From an uncultured bacterium (lineage in GTDB: Bacteria > Patescibacteriota > Minisyncoccia > Phycocordibacterales > UBA2100), in assembly GCA_903824595.1 (NCBI GenBank), contig CAIJXH010000007.1, forward strand, positions 5,184 through 69,183: a DNA stretch of 64,000 nt. Reading direction: 5' to 3'. A program made the position numbers and the translations under genes. This document shows, piece by piece, positions 1 through 9,146 of the stretch. Position 1 is the first letter of the stretch. Every line of letters starts with the position of its first letter. The notes below the pieces were generated by a model. It had not been told where the DNA came from and did not search any database. It saw only the letters and a list, made by a program, of their open reading frames with translations.

Positions 1-65
1 GTGTCGAGTGTCGCGCCGCTTTTGTCCAAGATGTAGACGTCGGCCTTGGGGATGAGATGCGCCAT
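1..65 (-). CDS. N-terminus of an unknown protein running off the window edge (MAHLIPKADVYILDKSGATLD...)
   Basis: ATG at 65 on minus strand, open frame to the window edge; too short to assign. Confidence 0.35.
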   Translation of the reverse strand, partial: MAHLIPKADVYILDKSGATLD

Positions 66-165
66 GAATACCCCGAAAATAGGGGACCCCGCGACAATAT
101 ATGAAACTGATTATATGTCAACATGTCAAGCATTTGCCAATCCATAGGAATCGTGCGATTATGAT

Positions 166-552
166 TGTCTGTGTTGGGTGGTCGCGCCATGAGTAATCGT
201 GGTGAGGAAAGTCCGGACACTGGCTCAGCAATGAGCAGCAGGGTAGAGGGTAACGCCCTCACGTCGCGAGACGAGAGATGCGAACAGTGACGCCACATCC
301 GAAAGGAAACGGGTCCCCGTGAGTGAGATTGTATTTCACGCATGGGGATAATCGCGCCGAAAAGCGCGGGTGCAACGGCAAAATTCTTACCTCTGTGCAA
401 GACCGTGCTTTTTGTGGGGTGCACCAATTGGACATCTCACAAAATGAGAGTTGCTTGACCTCGAGAGTAATCACGAGGCTAGATAAATGACCATCGTATC
501 CGTCTTTGTGTCACAGCTTTGACGTGATGATACAGAATCCGGCTTATAGACA
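166..552 (+). ncRNA. rnpB: RNase P RNA (bacterial)
   Basis: Hallmark GAGGAAAGTCC near the 5' end, AGATAAATGA and ACAGAATCCGGCTTAT near the 3' end; P1 pairing TGTCTGT/ATAGACA. Confidence 0.96.
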
Positions 553-560
553 CAGTCATT

Positions 561-586
561 ATGCCCGCCTCACGGCGGGTGTTTTG
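561..586 (+). terminator. Rho-independent terminator of rnpB
   Basis: ATGCCCGCC-TCAC-GGCGGGTGT hairpin followed by a T run. Confidence 0.7.
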
Positions 587-651
587 ATGCGTAAAAGTTA
601 TCCCGTCTGTTGTTCTGCCGAGCGATTCATATACTGTGGCACAATGGTGAC

Positions 652-2367
652 ATGCCTCGCGTGTATGCAGGACTCCGTTTGCTATCAACCGAAATACGCG
701 GTCTGCAAGCTGCGGTCTATGTTCTTGCAGGATGTGCGCTTGCGTCATCGCTTCTTGCGCTTGTTCGTGATCGTTTATTCGCGCACACGTTTGGAGCGGG
801 TGTAGAACTCGATCTCTATTATGCCGCATTTCGCATTCCAGATTTGCTTTTCGTGGCGACCAGCGCGCTGGTGTCGGCATACGTCCTCATTCCAGAATTG
901 ACGCGACGTTCTCATCTTGATCGCGTTGCGTACATCGACACCATTGTTACTGGATTTTCTTTTCTTTCGATAGTGGTAGCTTCAGTGCTCGCGTGGTGTG
1001 CTCCCACTATGCTATCTTTTTTGTTTCCGAGTTTCTCGAAAGCTGGGTTGCTTCCAGTGGTAACAAGCCTCACGCGCATTATGCTTATGCAACCAGTGCT
1101 GCTTGGGTGTTCGAATATTTTTGCTTCAATAACCCAATCGAGACGTCGCTATGCGCTATACGCGATATCGCCACTTCTCTACAATGTCGGAATCATCGTT
1201 GGCTTGTTGTATATATATCCGCTGTGTGGCATTACAGGACTGGCATGGGGCGTCGTGCTAGGAGCGCTGCTTCATGCGGGTATTCAGATTCCCTCAATCA
1301 TCAGCGATGGTTTTTTTCATCGAATACCTCGCATGCATGACGCGCGTACATTTTTCACAACTATCGCCACGTCTGTACCTCGTGCACTTACACTTTCCAT
1401 GAGTCAGCTTGCGTTTATAGGTCTCACCGCACTCGCCGCCACTCTCGCCCCAGGGTCAATAGCAATATTTATGTTTGCGTTCAATTTGCAAGCTGTGCCA
1501 CTCGCCATTATCGGAGCGTCGTATTCAGTCGCGGCATTTCCCGTACTTTCAAAATCAATCGCCTCTGGAAACCATGAAGTATTCATAGATCATATCGCTC
1601 GTGCTGCTCGATATATTTTGTTTTGGTCTCTCCCTGCATCGGCGCTTATCATGGTGTTACGAGCGCATATCGTACGGACAATTCTCGGATCAGGATCGTT
1701 TGATTGGACCGATACGCGTCTCACCGCGGCTTGTCTTGGTATTCTCTCGTTGTCGTTGGCGGCGCAAAGCATTCTCTTGCTCCTCGTGAGAGGGTATTAT
1801 GCTGCGGGACGCACTCTCGCCCCGTTGATTATCGCCAGTATCACTACCATCGCAACGCTTATTCTTGCGTCGGTATCTATTGCTCTGTTGCATAACGAAC
1901 ATGTGCTCGGCGCACTCGAACGCATGGTGCGTGCGGACGAAGGTCAAAATGGCATGATTATTGGACTCGCAATTGCATATGCAATAGGCTCGATAGGTGG
2001 AACATGCATACTTGTGATTCATTTCACACAAACATTCGGCGATTTCTTTTCCAAAATCACCCAAACACTGCGTCACGCATGTATTGCGGCGTGTACTGCG
2101 GGAGCTGCGGCATATACAATGCTCTGGCTGCTCGGACCTCTTACCACCTCGTCAACTTTGCTTGGTGTGGTAATTCGTGCAGGAATCGGTGGTGTTGCAG
2201 GCATTGGAATTGCAGGAGTAGTGTATGCAATTCTCGGCACCAATGAATATAGTGAGACGGTGCACTCTGCGAGCTCGTGTGTTACGCGTGCCGCTCCCGC
2301 TGGAGAGCCCTATCGTTTCTTCCGAAGATGTGGCACAGTAGAGCCTCATGGAACCAAAAATACGTAA
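652..2367 (+). CDS. murJ: Lipid II flippase MurJ (C-terminus probably frameshifted)
   Basis: Multi-TM protein with LDLYYAAFRIPD and YYA..T..P motifs of the MurJ/MviN family. Confidence 0.9.
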   Translation: MPRVYAGLRLLSTEIRGLQAAVYVLAGCALASSLLALVRDRLFAHTFGAGVELDLYYAAFRIPDLLFVATSALVSAYVLIPELTRRSHLDRVAYIDTIVTGFSFLSIVVASVLAWCAPTMLSFLFPSFSKAGLLPVVTSLTRIMLMQPVLLGCSNIFASITQSRRRYALYAISPLLYNVGIIVGLLYIYPLCGITGLAWGVVLGALLHAGIQIPSIISDGFFHRIPRMHDARTFFTTIATSVPRALTLSMSQLAFIGLTALAATLAPGSIAIFMFAFNLQAVPLAIIGASYSVAAFPVLSKSIASGNHEVFIDHIARAARYILFWSLPASALIMVLRAHIVRTILGSGSFDWTDTRLTAACLGILSLSLAAQSILLLLVRGYYAAGRTLAPLIIASITTIATLILASVSIALLHNEHVLGALERMVRADEGQNGMIIGLAIAYAIGSIGGTCILVIHFTQTFGDFFSKITQTLRHACIAACTAGAAAYTMLWLLGPLTTSSTLLGVVIRAGIGGVAGIGIAGVVYAILGTNEYSETVHSASSCVTRAAPAGEPYRFFRRCGTVEPHGTKNT

Positions 2368-4129
2368 TTTCAGCATCATCGCTCATATTGATCACGGCAA
2401 ATCGACACTTGCTGATCGTATGCTTGAGATAACGCACACGATTGAACCGCGTCGAATGCAAGAACAGGTTCTCGATCGGATGGATTTGGAGCGCGAGCGT
2501 GGTATCACGATCAAAATGCAGCCCGTGCGTATGCATTGGACGCATCACGGAGAGGACTACGTGATCAATCTCATCGACACGCCCGGACATGTCGATTTTG
2601 CCTACGAAGTATCACGTGCACTCTCTGCCGTAGAGGGAGTGGTGTTGCTCGTGGACGCAACACAGGGAGTGGAGGCGCAGACACTCTCTGTTTTGTCGGT
2701 GGCAAAAGATCTCAATCTCACCATCATACCTGTCGTGTCGAAAATCGATGCCCCACATGCTCGCACGGAGGAAATCGTGATCGAACTAGCGGCGCTTTTG
2801 GGCTGTGCAGATTCGACTGTATTGCGCGCGTCGGGGAAGACAGGCGAAGGTGTCGCACGTGTACTCGATACGGTGATAGAGAGAATTCCCGCACCGAAAG
2901 CGACGGGCGATAAGGTGCAAGCGCTTGTGTTCGACTTTGGCTATTCCGATCATCGCGGCGTCATTATCTATACGCGCATATGCGGAGGACGTGTCGCCAA
3001 GGGCGATGCGCTCACGTTGGTTGCGGCACACGCGTCATTCACCGCGCTTGAAGTCGGAGTGCTTACGCCCGAAGAAAAGCAATGCAGCGAGCTTTCCGCG
3101 GGTGATATAGGCTACATCGTGACAGGTATCAAGAAGCCTGGCGTGGCGTCTGTAGGCGACACCGTAACGTCGACGAAAAACGCAGCTTTGGGATTTCCCG
3201 GATATCGAACACCTACTCCTGTCATTTGGGCTAGCGTGTATCCTGAGTCACAAGATGACTTGCTTCTTTTACGTCAATCGCTTGAGCGACTTCGTCTTTC
3301 AGATTCTTCACTTTCGTATGAAGAAGAATCCTCTGGTGTCATGGGTAGAGGATTTCGATGTGGCTTTCTCGGCATGTTACATCTTGAAATAATCATCGAG
3401 CGTCTTCGGCGTGAATTTGGGCTCAATCTTGTCGTCACACAGCCGACTACCGTATATGAGATAACGCGCTCCGATGGACGCGTCGAGGAAATCTATGCAC
3501 CTGCACGTTTCCCAGACGATGGCACCGCGACTCTCGTGCGCGAACTCTGGGCAGCGATTACCGTTATTACTCCACCAGAATATCTCGGCAACATTACGCA
3601 GCTGCTCTATGAACACGAAGCCATCCAAGGTGAGACAGAGTCATTGCCAGACAAAGTACAGATACACGCACGTATTCCGCTACGTGAACTCATGCGAGGT
3701 TTTTTTGATCGTCTCAAAAGTGTTTCTTCTGGGTTTGCGTCATTATCATACGTGCTCGACGGTATGCATCCTGCCGATGTCATCCGTCTCGATATATTGG
3801 TCGCCGAAGAACCCGTGCCCGCATTTGCTCGCATTGTCTCACGTCGTCGCGTGCAACATGAAGCAGAAGCGATGGTGGAGAAGCTCGAAAAACTTCTGCC
3901 GCGTCAGCTTTTCGAATTGAAAATCCAGGCGAAAACACAGGGTCGTATTATTGCATCTCGACGCAAATCAGCGATGCGTAAAGACGTGACGGGATATCTC
4001 TATGGCGGCGACATAACCCGCAAAATGAAATTGCTCGAGAAACAGAAAAAAGGGAAGAAGAAAATGCTTGCGCGCGGGACGGTCGACATCCCACACGACG
4101 TGTTTCTGAAAGTGGTGAAAGAAGGGTAG
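2348..4129 (+). CDS. lepA: Elongation factor 4
   Basis: IRNFSIIAHIDHGKSTLADR, ERERGITIK, C-terminal YGGDITRKMKLLEKQKKGK. Confidence 0.98.
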   Translation: MEPKIRNFSIIAHIDHGKSTLADRMLEITHTIEPRRMQEQVLDRMDLERERGITIKMQPVRMHWTHHGEDYVINLIDTPGHVDFAYEVSRALSAVEGVVLLVDATQGVEAQTLSVLSVAKDLNLTIIPVVSKIDAPHARTEEIVIELAALLGCADSTVLRASGKTGEGVARVLDTVIERIPAPKATGDKVQALVFDFGYSDHRGVIIYTRICGGRVAKGDALTLVAAHASFTALEVGVLTPEEKQCSELSAGDIGYIVTGIKKPGVASVGDTVTSTKNAALGFPGYRTPTPVIWASVYPESQDDLLLLRQSLERLRLSDSSLSYEEESSGVMGRGFRCGFLGMLHLEIIIERLRREFGLNLVVTQPTTVYEITRSDGRVEEIYAPARFPDDGTATLVRELWAAITVITPPEYLGNITQLLYEHEAIQGETESLPDKVQIHARIPLRELMRGFFDRLKSVSSGFASLSYVLDGMHPADVIRLDILVAEEPVPAFARIVSRRRVQHEAEAMVEKLEKLLPRQLFELKIQAKTQGRIIASRRKSAMRKDVTGYLYGGDITRKMKLLEKQKKGKKKMLARGTVDIPHDVFLKVVKEG

Positions 4130-4299
4130 TGTGCCACGCTCTACATTCACACTCCGAGAAGTGACAAAAGACCGGGGGCGAAAAAGAGAACCATTCCCAC
4201 GATAACAAGCACGGCAACAACCGTCCACACCGCGTTGATCATTCTTTTTGTTTTGTGGTGGAAAAGAAAATTCATACGAAGTGATAGAATTATACCCAT

Positions 4300-4701
4300 A
4301 TGCAAAGATATGGTCAACGAGACGTGCGTAAACCTGTGCGGCTCTTGCTGCGGCGGATTGGATTGTTAGCGCTCGCACTGACAGTCGTATTGGCAAGTAT
4401 TGCTGTGTGGAATGTATTTCAAAAGGAGCGTGATTCCGCAATGATGCGCTCTCAAAATGAGCATGAGCTCGCAAATCTCACCGCACGCAAAAAGGCGCTT
4501 GAACAGCGTCTTTCCGAACTTGGTACCGAGCGAGGTAAAGAAGCAATTCTGCGCGAACAATACTCGCTCGCAAGCGTGGGAGAGGGCATGATCACTATTG
4601 TCGATCCGTCGGAGCCTGCAAGCAATACATCGTTTGCCACGTCATCACCAAGTACGTCATGGCTCCACAATCTCTTTCTCTGGTGGTACAGTGTGTGGTG
4701 A
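4300..4701 (+). CDS. Septum formation initiator (FtsB/DivIC-like)
   Basis: One TM helix, a coiled coil, then E..LREQYSLASVGEG motif. Confidence 0.65.
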   Translation: MQRYGQRDVRKPVRLLLRRIGLLALALTVVLASIAVWNVFQKERDSAMMRSQNEHELANLTARKKALEQRLSELGTERGKEAILREQYSLASVGEGMITIVDPSEPASNTSFATSSPSTSWLHNLFLWWYSVW

Positions 4702-4703
4702 GG

Positions 4704-4774
4704 GCGGGTATAGTTTAGTGGCAGAACGAGTGCTTCCCAAGCATTAGATCGGGGTTCGATTCCCCGTACCCGCA
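4704..4774 (+). tRNA. tRNA-Gly (CCC)
   Basis: GCGGGTA/TACCCGC acceptor stem, anticodon loop TTCCCAA, T arm GGTTCGATTCC. Confidence 0.96.
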
Positions 4775-4793
4775 CAGACGAACAACGTGAGTA

Positions 4794-4951
4794 GTGTGGG
4801 TAAGCGCAATGCTTGTGCATTGCGCGTCGGGGAATCGAACAGCGGAGCGATGCGAGGCGAGTACGCCGAGCCGCGAGCTGGTGTCCAGACCGAAACGAGC
4901 GACGGCGAGTTTCGAGTCGCGGACGATTCCCCGTACCCGCACAGACGAACA
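4794..4951 (+). repeat. tRNA-anchored structured unit A (inverted copy of tRNA-Gly 3' end + core + direct copy)
   Basis: CGGGGAATCGAAC (4828-4840) is the reverse complement of the T arm; 28-bp exact direct repeat at 4757-4784 and 4924-4951. Confidence 0.85.
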
Positions 4952-4967
4952 CGGCGCGTGTGGTACC

Positions 4968-6149
4968 ATGAAAGATATGTTCGCGCGTTTGTTTATGATC
5001 ACACTGTTTCTTGTGTATGCGGGGACGTGTTTTCCTGTATATGCGGTGATACGCCCTCCTGTCACGCCACTTGTATCAAATGGCATGGTGATTACCTTCT
5101 ATGTTCCGTATCATGGCGAGGGATGTGAGAATTCAATGGAGGGATGCGACCTCACGTCTCGTAGAGGACTTGATAATCGCGCGGTACCGCAAAGTCTCGA
5201 TCAAGTCAGGTTTGGACAGGCGACATACGTTACGCTTGCGTCGTGTCCAAACAATTACGGAAAATATTATGCAATCGGATCTATTACATACAAAAGTGCG
5301 CTTGACGATAAGATGTACACGGTAAAAGATGTTGTTGGCTATGTGCATGATACGGGTGGTGCGTTTAGAAATGGAGTCATGTACCATGGAACAGATGGAT
5401 GCAACAAAATAGATGTTGCTACTACCATTTGCACGAAATGCAAAACAAATGCTCAAGCGAGCGCGTATGCCACAGGCAACAATGTCCGATACAAGCCGTT
5501 CGGTCTTGGTGTGCCGCCCGCGGAAACTGAAGAAGAAGCTTCCTCTGATGATGAAACAGGACGCGCAGAAGAAAAAACTGCCGATAAAAATCAGCTCACT
5601 ACCATTGTAACGACGGCATCGCGCACGCAGCAATCAGCCGATCCAATGAATCTATCGTCACTTATTCAGACACTGGTATCGTCGGGTAATCAAGCGTCTC
5701 GCTCCGCGAGTACTATCAACACGCCTCAAGCGCGATCTCCGCTCGATGTGTTTTCAAACGCCGACCAGTCGCTTTTTATGAATACAGGAACTACAAATCA
5801 AAACGTACGCGACGGTAATGCGACGCAAGCGCTTACTGAATTGGCAAATAAGGATAGCCAAGCGACAGTAGACAATCAAACGTCCCGTGACCTTATGCCA
5901 ACCCGCACCACATCAGCGCAAGCGTTGCACGTCACGAATCAACCAACGGACACCGTTAGTCCACAGCTAAGCCAATCAGGAGCTCATGCATCACTTTCCA
6001 CCATACGTGATGGCGCGTATTTTACGGATCCACAGACAGCTGTTTCCGCACAGCCTCCTTTCACATCTTCTGATGCAGCAGGCACGCACGGTATACAAAC
6101 CATCCGTTGGGGACAATTGCAAGTTTCCCCGATTCCTGTTACAAGCTAA
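4968..6149 (+). CDS. Secreted protein with 3D-like (double-psi barrel) cell-wall domain and S/T/Q-rich tail
   Basis: Signal-like N-terminus; VHDTGGAF...KIDVA resembles the 3D-domain DTGG..IDI signature. Confidence 0.55.
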   Translation: MKDMFARLFMITLFLVYAGTCFPVYAVIRPPVTPLVSNGMVITFYVPYHGEGCENSMEGCDLTSRRGLDNRAVPQSLDQVRFGQATYVTLASCPNNYGKYYAIGSITYKSALDDKMYTVKDVVGYVHDTGGAFRNGVMYHGTDGCNKIDVATTICTKCKTNAQASAYATGNNVRYKPFGLGVPPAETEEEASSDDETGRAEEKTADKNQLTTIVTTASRTQQSADPMNLSSLIQTLVSSGNQASRSASTINTPQARSPLDVFSNADQSLFMNTGTTNQNVRDGNATQALTELANKDSQATVDNQTSRDLMPTRTTSAQALHVTNQPTDTVSPQLSQSGAHASLSTIRDGAYFTDPQTAVSAQPPFTSSDAAGTHGIQTIRWGQLQVSPIPVTS

Positions 6150-6153
6150 TCCC

Positions 6154-6465
6154 ATGACATTTATTCGTCGAGTCGAAGATTTTATGTGCGAGCACTGTGG
6201 CGCATGGGTGAAAGGTACGGGATATACCAACCATTGTCCGCGCTGTCTCTGGAGCAAGCATGTCGATGTTGATCCTGGTGATCGCCGTGCGCCGTGCAAT
6301 GCCATGATGGAGCCAATACGTATTGAGGGTACAACGCCGCACTATGTTGTCGTACATCACTGTGTTGCGTGTGGTTTTGAGCGTCGCAACAGAATAGACA
6401 CAGACGATAATCCAGACGCGATCATTTCTATCATCAACGCACACGTTCGTAAGAATGTCATATAA
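6154..6465 (+). CDS. RNHCP-domain zinc-binding protein
   Basis: F.CEHCG...YTNHCPRCLWSKHVD.DPGDR...C..CG. Confidence 0.85.
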   Translation: MTFIRRVEDFMCEHCGAWVKGTGYTNHCPRCLWSKHVDVDPGDRRAPCNAMMEPIRIEGTTPHYVVVHHCVACGFERRNRIDTDDNPDAIISIINAHVRKNVI

Positions 6466-6505
6466 GCAGCTCGCGTTTCGTGTATTTTTCGTATAGGATA
6501 GCGCG

Positions 6506-7606
6506 ATGGCTTTGAGTATTGGCATCGTCGGGCTACCCAACGTGGGAAAATCCACGCTCTTCAACGCGCTCACGAAAAAAGGCGTACCGGCAGAGAATTA
6601 TCCGTTCTGCACGATCGATCCGTCGGTAGGCGTGGTGGCGGTGCCTGATCACAGAATTGATGCGCTATCAGACATGTCGCACACGCAAAAAAAAGTTCCC
6701 GCAATAGTGGAATTTGTCGATATCGCTGGACTGGTAAAAGGCGCTTCGGAGGGAGAGGGACTGGGCAACCAATTTCTCTCGCACATCCGTGAAGTGGATG
6801 CAATTGCCGAAGTGGTGCGCATGTTTGACGACGAAGACGTGCATCATGTGCATGGCGACGTCGATCCGCGCCGAGACATTGAGGTGATTGATCTTGAGCT
6901 GGTGCTTGCCGATATGCAGACCGTCGAGAAGCGGTTTGATCGCGTCTCGCGTGACGCAAAAGGAGGTGACAAGGATCTCATTGCCGAGCGCGATGTGCTT
7001 GCCAAGATTCTTCCTGTACTTCAGCAAGGCAAGCCTGCGCGCATTGTGGAGCTCACCGAGGAAGAGAAAAAAGTCGCAAAAGGTCTACATTTGCTCACCA
7101 TGAAGCCGATTTTGTACGTGCTCAACAGAAAAGCGGGCATGATCAATGTGGATGCTGAGGGCGGCGACCGCTGGCAAGCGTTCAAAGATTTTATCGCCAC
7201 GCAGGGTGCGCAGTATGTGATTGTGGACGCGGGTGTGGAGCGCGACTTATCCGATGTACACGACGAAGAGCGTGCCGATTTCCGCCGCGAGCTCGGCGTA
7301 GCCGACGACGGACTCGACGCGCTCATAAAAGCAAGTTACTCGCTACTCGGTCTCATTTCATTTCTCACCACTGGGGAAGCGGAGACGCGCGCGTGGACAA
7401 TCTCACGCGGCGCTACTGCACCCGAAGCCGGTGCCGCTATCCACACCGATTTTCGCGACAAATTCATCCGCGCTACGGTCATTCGTTGGGATGTATTACT
7501 TCAAGAGGGTTCGATGGCAAAAGCGCGTGAAAAAGGGCTTGTACGCACGGAAGGGAAGGAATATGTGGTGCAGGATGGCGACGTGATGGAGTTTATGCAC
7601 AGCTAA
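6506..7606 (+). CDS. ychF: Ribosome-binding ATPase YchF
   Basis: [56 protein letters not shown]. Confidence 0.98.
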   Translation: MALSIGIVGLPNVGKSTLFNALTKKGVPAENYPFCTIDPSVGVVAVPDHRIDALSDMSHTQKKVPAIVEFVDIAGLVKGASEGEGLGNQFLSHIREVDAIAEVVRMFDDEDVHHVHGDVDPRRDIEVIDLELVLADMQTVEKRFDRVSRDAKGGDKDLIAERDVLAKILPVLQQGKPARIVELTEEEKKVAKGLHLLTMKPILYVLNRKAGMINVDAEGGDRWQAFKDFIATQGAQYVIVDAGVERDLSDVHDEERADFRRELGVADDGLDALIKASYSLLGLISFLTTGEAETRAWTISRGATAPEAGAAIHTDFRDKFIRATVIRWDVLLQEGSMAKAREKGLVRTEGKEYVVQDGDVMEFMHS

Positions 7607-7634
7607 AGCATGGCATCCTGGGTGGTGTGATAGG

Positions 7635-8132
7635 ATGGAGCCTATGCGCAAAATCTTGCCGGCGAAAAAGGTGAAATCGACGAAAACGGATCATCACGCT
7701 GTGTTGCGTGCCGTCACGTATATTATGGAACATATGGCGACGCAGGAGGATGTGCGGGCGATCCGTCTGGAGATGGCGACCAAGCTCGCTACACGCAAAC
7801 ACATCGACGCACTACACAACGACTTCGAAATCATGGCGGAGGATATTGATTCGCTCAAAGCGGATGTGGATGTCTTGAAAACCGACGTTGCCGAAATCAA
7901 AAAAGAATTATCGGCAACAAAAACAGATGTGCTCACGTTCAAATATGAAACCGCCGAGAATTTCGTCGCGATCCGCGCGGAAATGGCGACGAAAGATCAT
8001 CTTTCGATGATGAAAGAAGAAATCATCGAGCGTCTGATGCCGACCGAACAAGCCGTCGACACCGACGCGACGACGATCGTCGGGCACGAACGACGCATCA
8101 CGCACCTTGAAAGACAAGTAGCAGTAGCCTAA
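7635..8132 (+). CDS. Coiled-coil hypothetical protein with MATK-type repeats
   Basis: HMATQED, LEMATK, AEMATKDHL repeats and heptad pattern. Confidence 0.65.
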   Translation: MEPMRKILPAKKVKSTKTDHHAVLRAVTYIMEHMATQEDVRAIRLEMATKLATRKHIDALHNDFEIMAEDIDSLKADVDVLKTDVAEIKKELSATKTDVLTFKYETAENFVAIRAEMATKDHLSMMKEEIIERLMPTEQAVDTDATTIVGHERRITHLERQVAVA

Positions 8133-8142
8133 CGCACCATAT

Positions 8143-9141
8143 ATGCAACCAATAAAAGTAACTCCTAAAGATTTCTTCCTCTGGGCAGGGGCAATGATAG
8201 CGCTGTATGCGAGCGTCTTTGCACTTATTTCGCTCTTTTTTGAGTATATCGATTACGTGTATCCCGATGCGTTGAATAGCTACGTCGATCCGTACTCTGG
8301 CTCCATGCGTAGCGCGATTGCCACGCTGCTCGTGCTCTTCCCGCTCTTTCTCGTACTCATGCGCCTCATTCGCAACGACATCGTCCGCGAGCCGGCGAAG
8401 AAGGATCTGTGGGTGCGGCGGTGGGCGCTCTTTCTCACGGTGTTTGTTGCCGGTGCAACGATTGCGATCGATCTCATCACGCTCGTCAATTATTTCCTCG
8501 GCGGCGATGTGACGATGCGTTTTGCGCTCAAGGTGGCGATCGTGCTTTTGGTGGCGGGAGGAGGCTTCATGCATTTCCTTGCCGACATTTGGGGGTACTG
8601 GATCGAATTTCCCAAACGAGCGCAGTGGGTTGGGTGGGGAGCGGGCGCGGTGATACTTCTCTCCGTTGCGGCGAGTTTCCTTATCATGGGCACGCCCGCA
8701 CAGATACGCCTGTATCGATTTGATGACCAAAAGGTGAGCGATCTCACCAGTATCCAGTGGCAGATCGTCAACTATTTCCAGCAGAAAGAAAAACTCCCTG
8801 AGACGCTTTTCGACCTCGTCGATCCCATTAGCGGATTCGTGGTACCGATTGATCCAGAGACCAACATGCCGTACCGATACGAGCGTATCAATCAGTATTC
8901 CTTCAAGCTTTGCGCCACGTTCAATCAGGCGACGCGCTCCAATACTTCTCAATCTCCGTACACCAAGCCGGCGCTCGCGGGCGGCCCCATCGGAGGCACT
9001 AGCGACCTTGAAAATCAGACATGGTACCACGGCACCGGCGACACCTGCTTCGCCCGCACCATCGACCCCGAGCGCTACCCGCCGTTCAAAAAATCGGATC
9101 AAACAGTGTCTAGCCAGCCAGCCCCGACAGTGGTACGCTAG
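8143..9141 (+). CDS. Membrane protein, DUF5671-like, with C-terminal pilin-like extracellular domain
   Basis: TPKDFFLW start, about 5 TM helices, R..RFDDQKVSDL, DPET..PY.Y..F.LCA.F. Confidence 0.7.
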   Translation: MQPIKVTPKDFFLWAGAMIALYASVFALISLFFEYIDYVYPDALNSYVDPYSGSMRSAIATLLVLFPLFLVLMRLIRNDIVREPAKKDLWVRRWALFLTVFVAGATIAIDLITLVNYFLGGDVTMRFALKVAIVLLVAGGGFMHFLADIWGYWIEFPKRAQWVGWGAGAVILLSVAASFLIMGTPAQIRLYRFDDQKVSDLTSIQWQIVNYFQQKEKLPETLFDLVDPISGFVVPIDPETNMPYRYERINQYSFKLCATFNQATRSNTSQSPYTKPALAGGPIGGTSDLENQTWYHGTGDTCFARTIDPERYPPFKKSDQTVSSQPAPTVVR

Positions 9142-9146
9142 CACTC

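Noticed and set aside
4704-4951. tRNA intron or split tRNA as the explanation for unit A
   Set aside because: The upstream tRNA is complete by itself; the unit has no D or anticodon arm and no group I/II intron core.
4794-4967. N-terminal extension of the 451-aa ORF and small ORFs over the tRNA repeats (also 11996-12335)
   Set aside because: They translate tRNA or repeat sequence; the likely start is ATG 4968.
8098-9144. 348-aa antisense ORF (and 62146-63183, 345 aa)
   Set aside because: Shadow frames opposite well-supported genes, with no motifs of their own.
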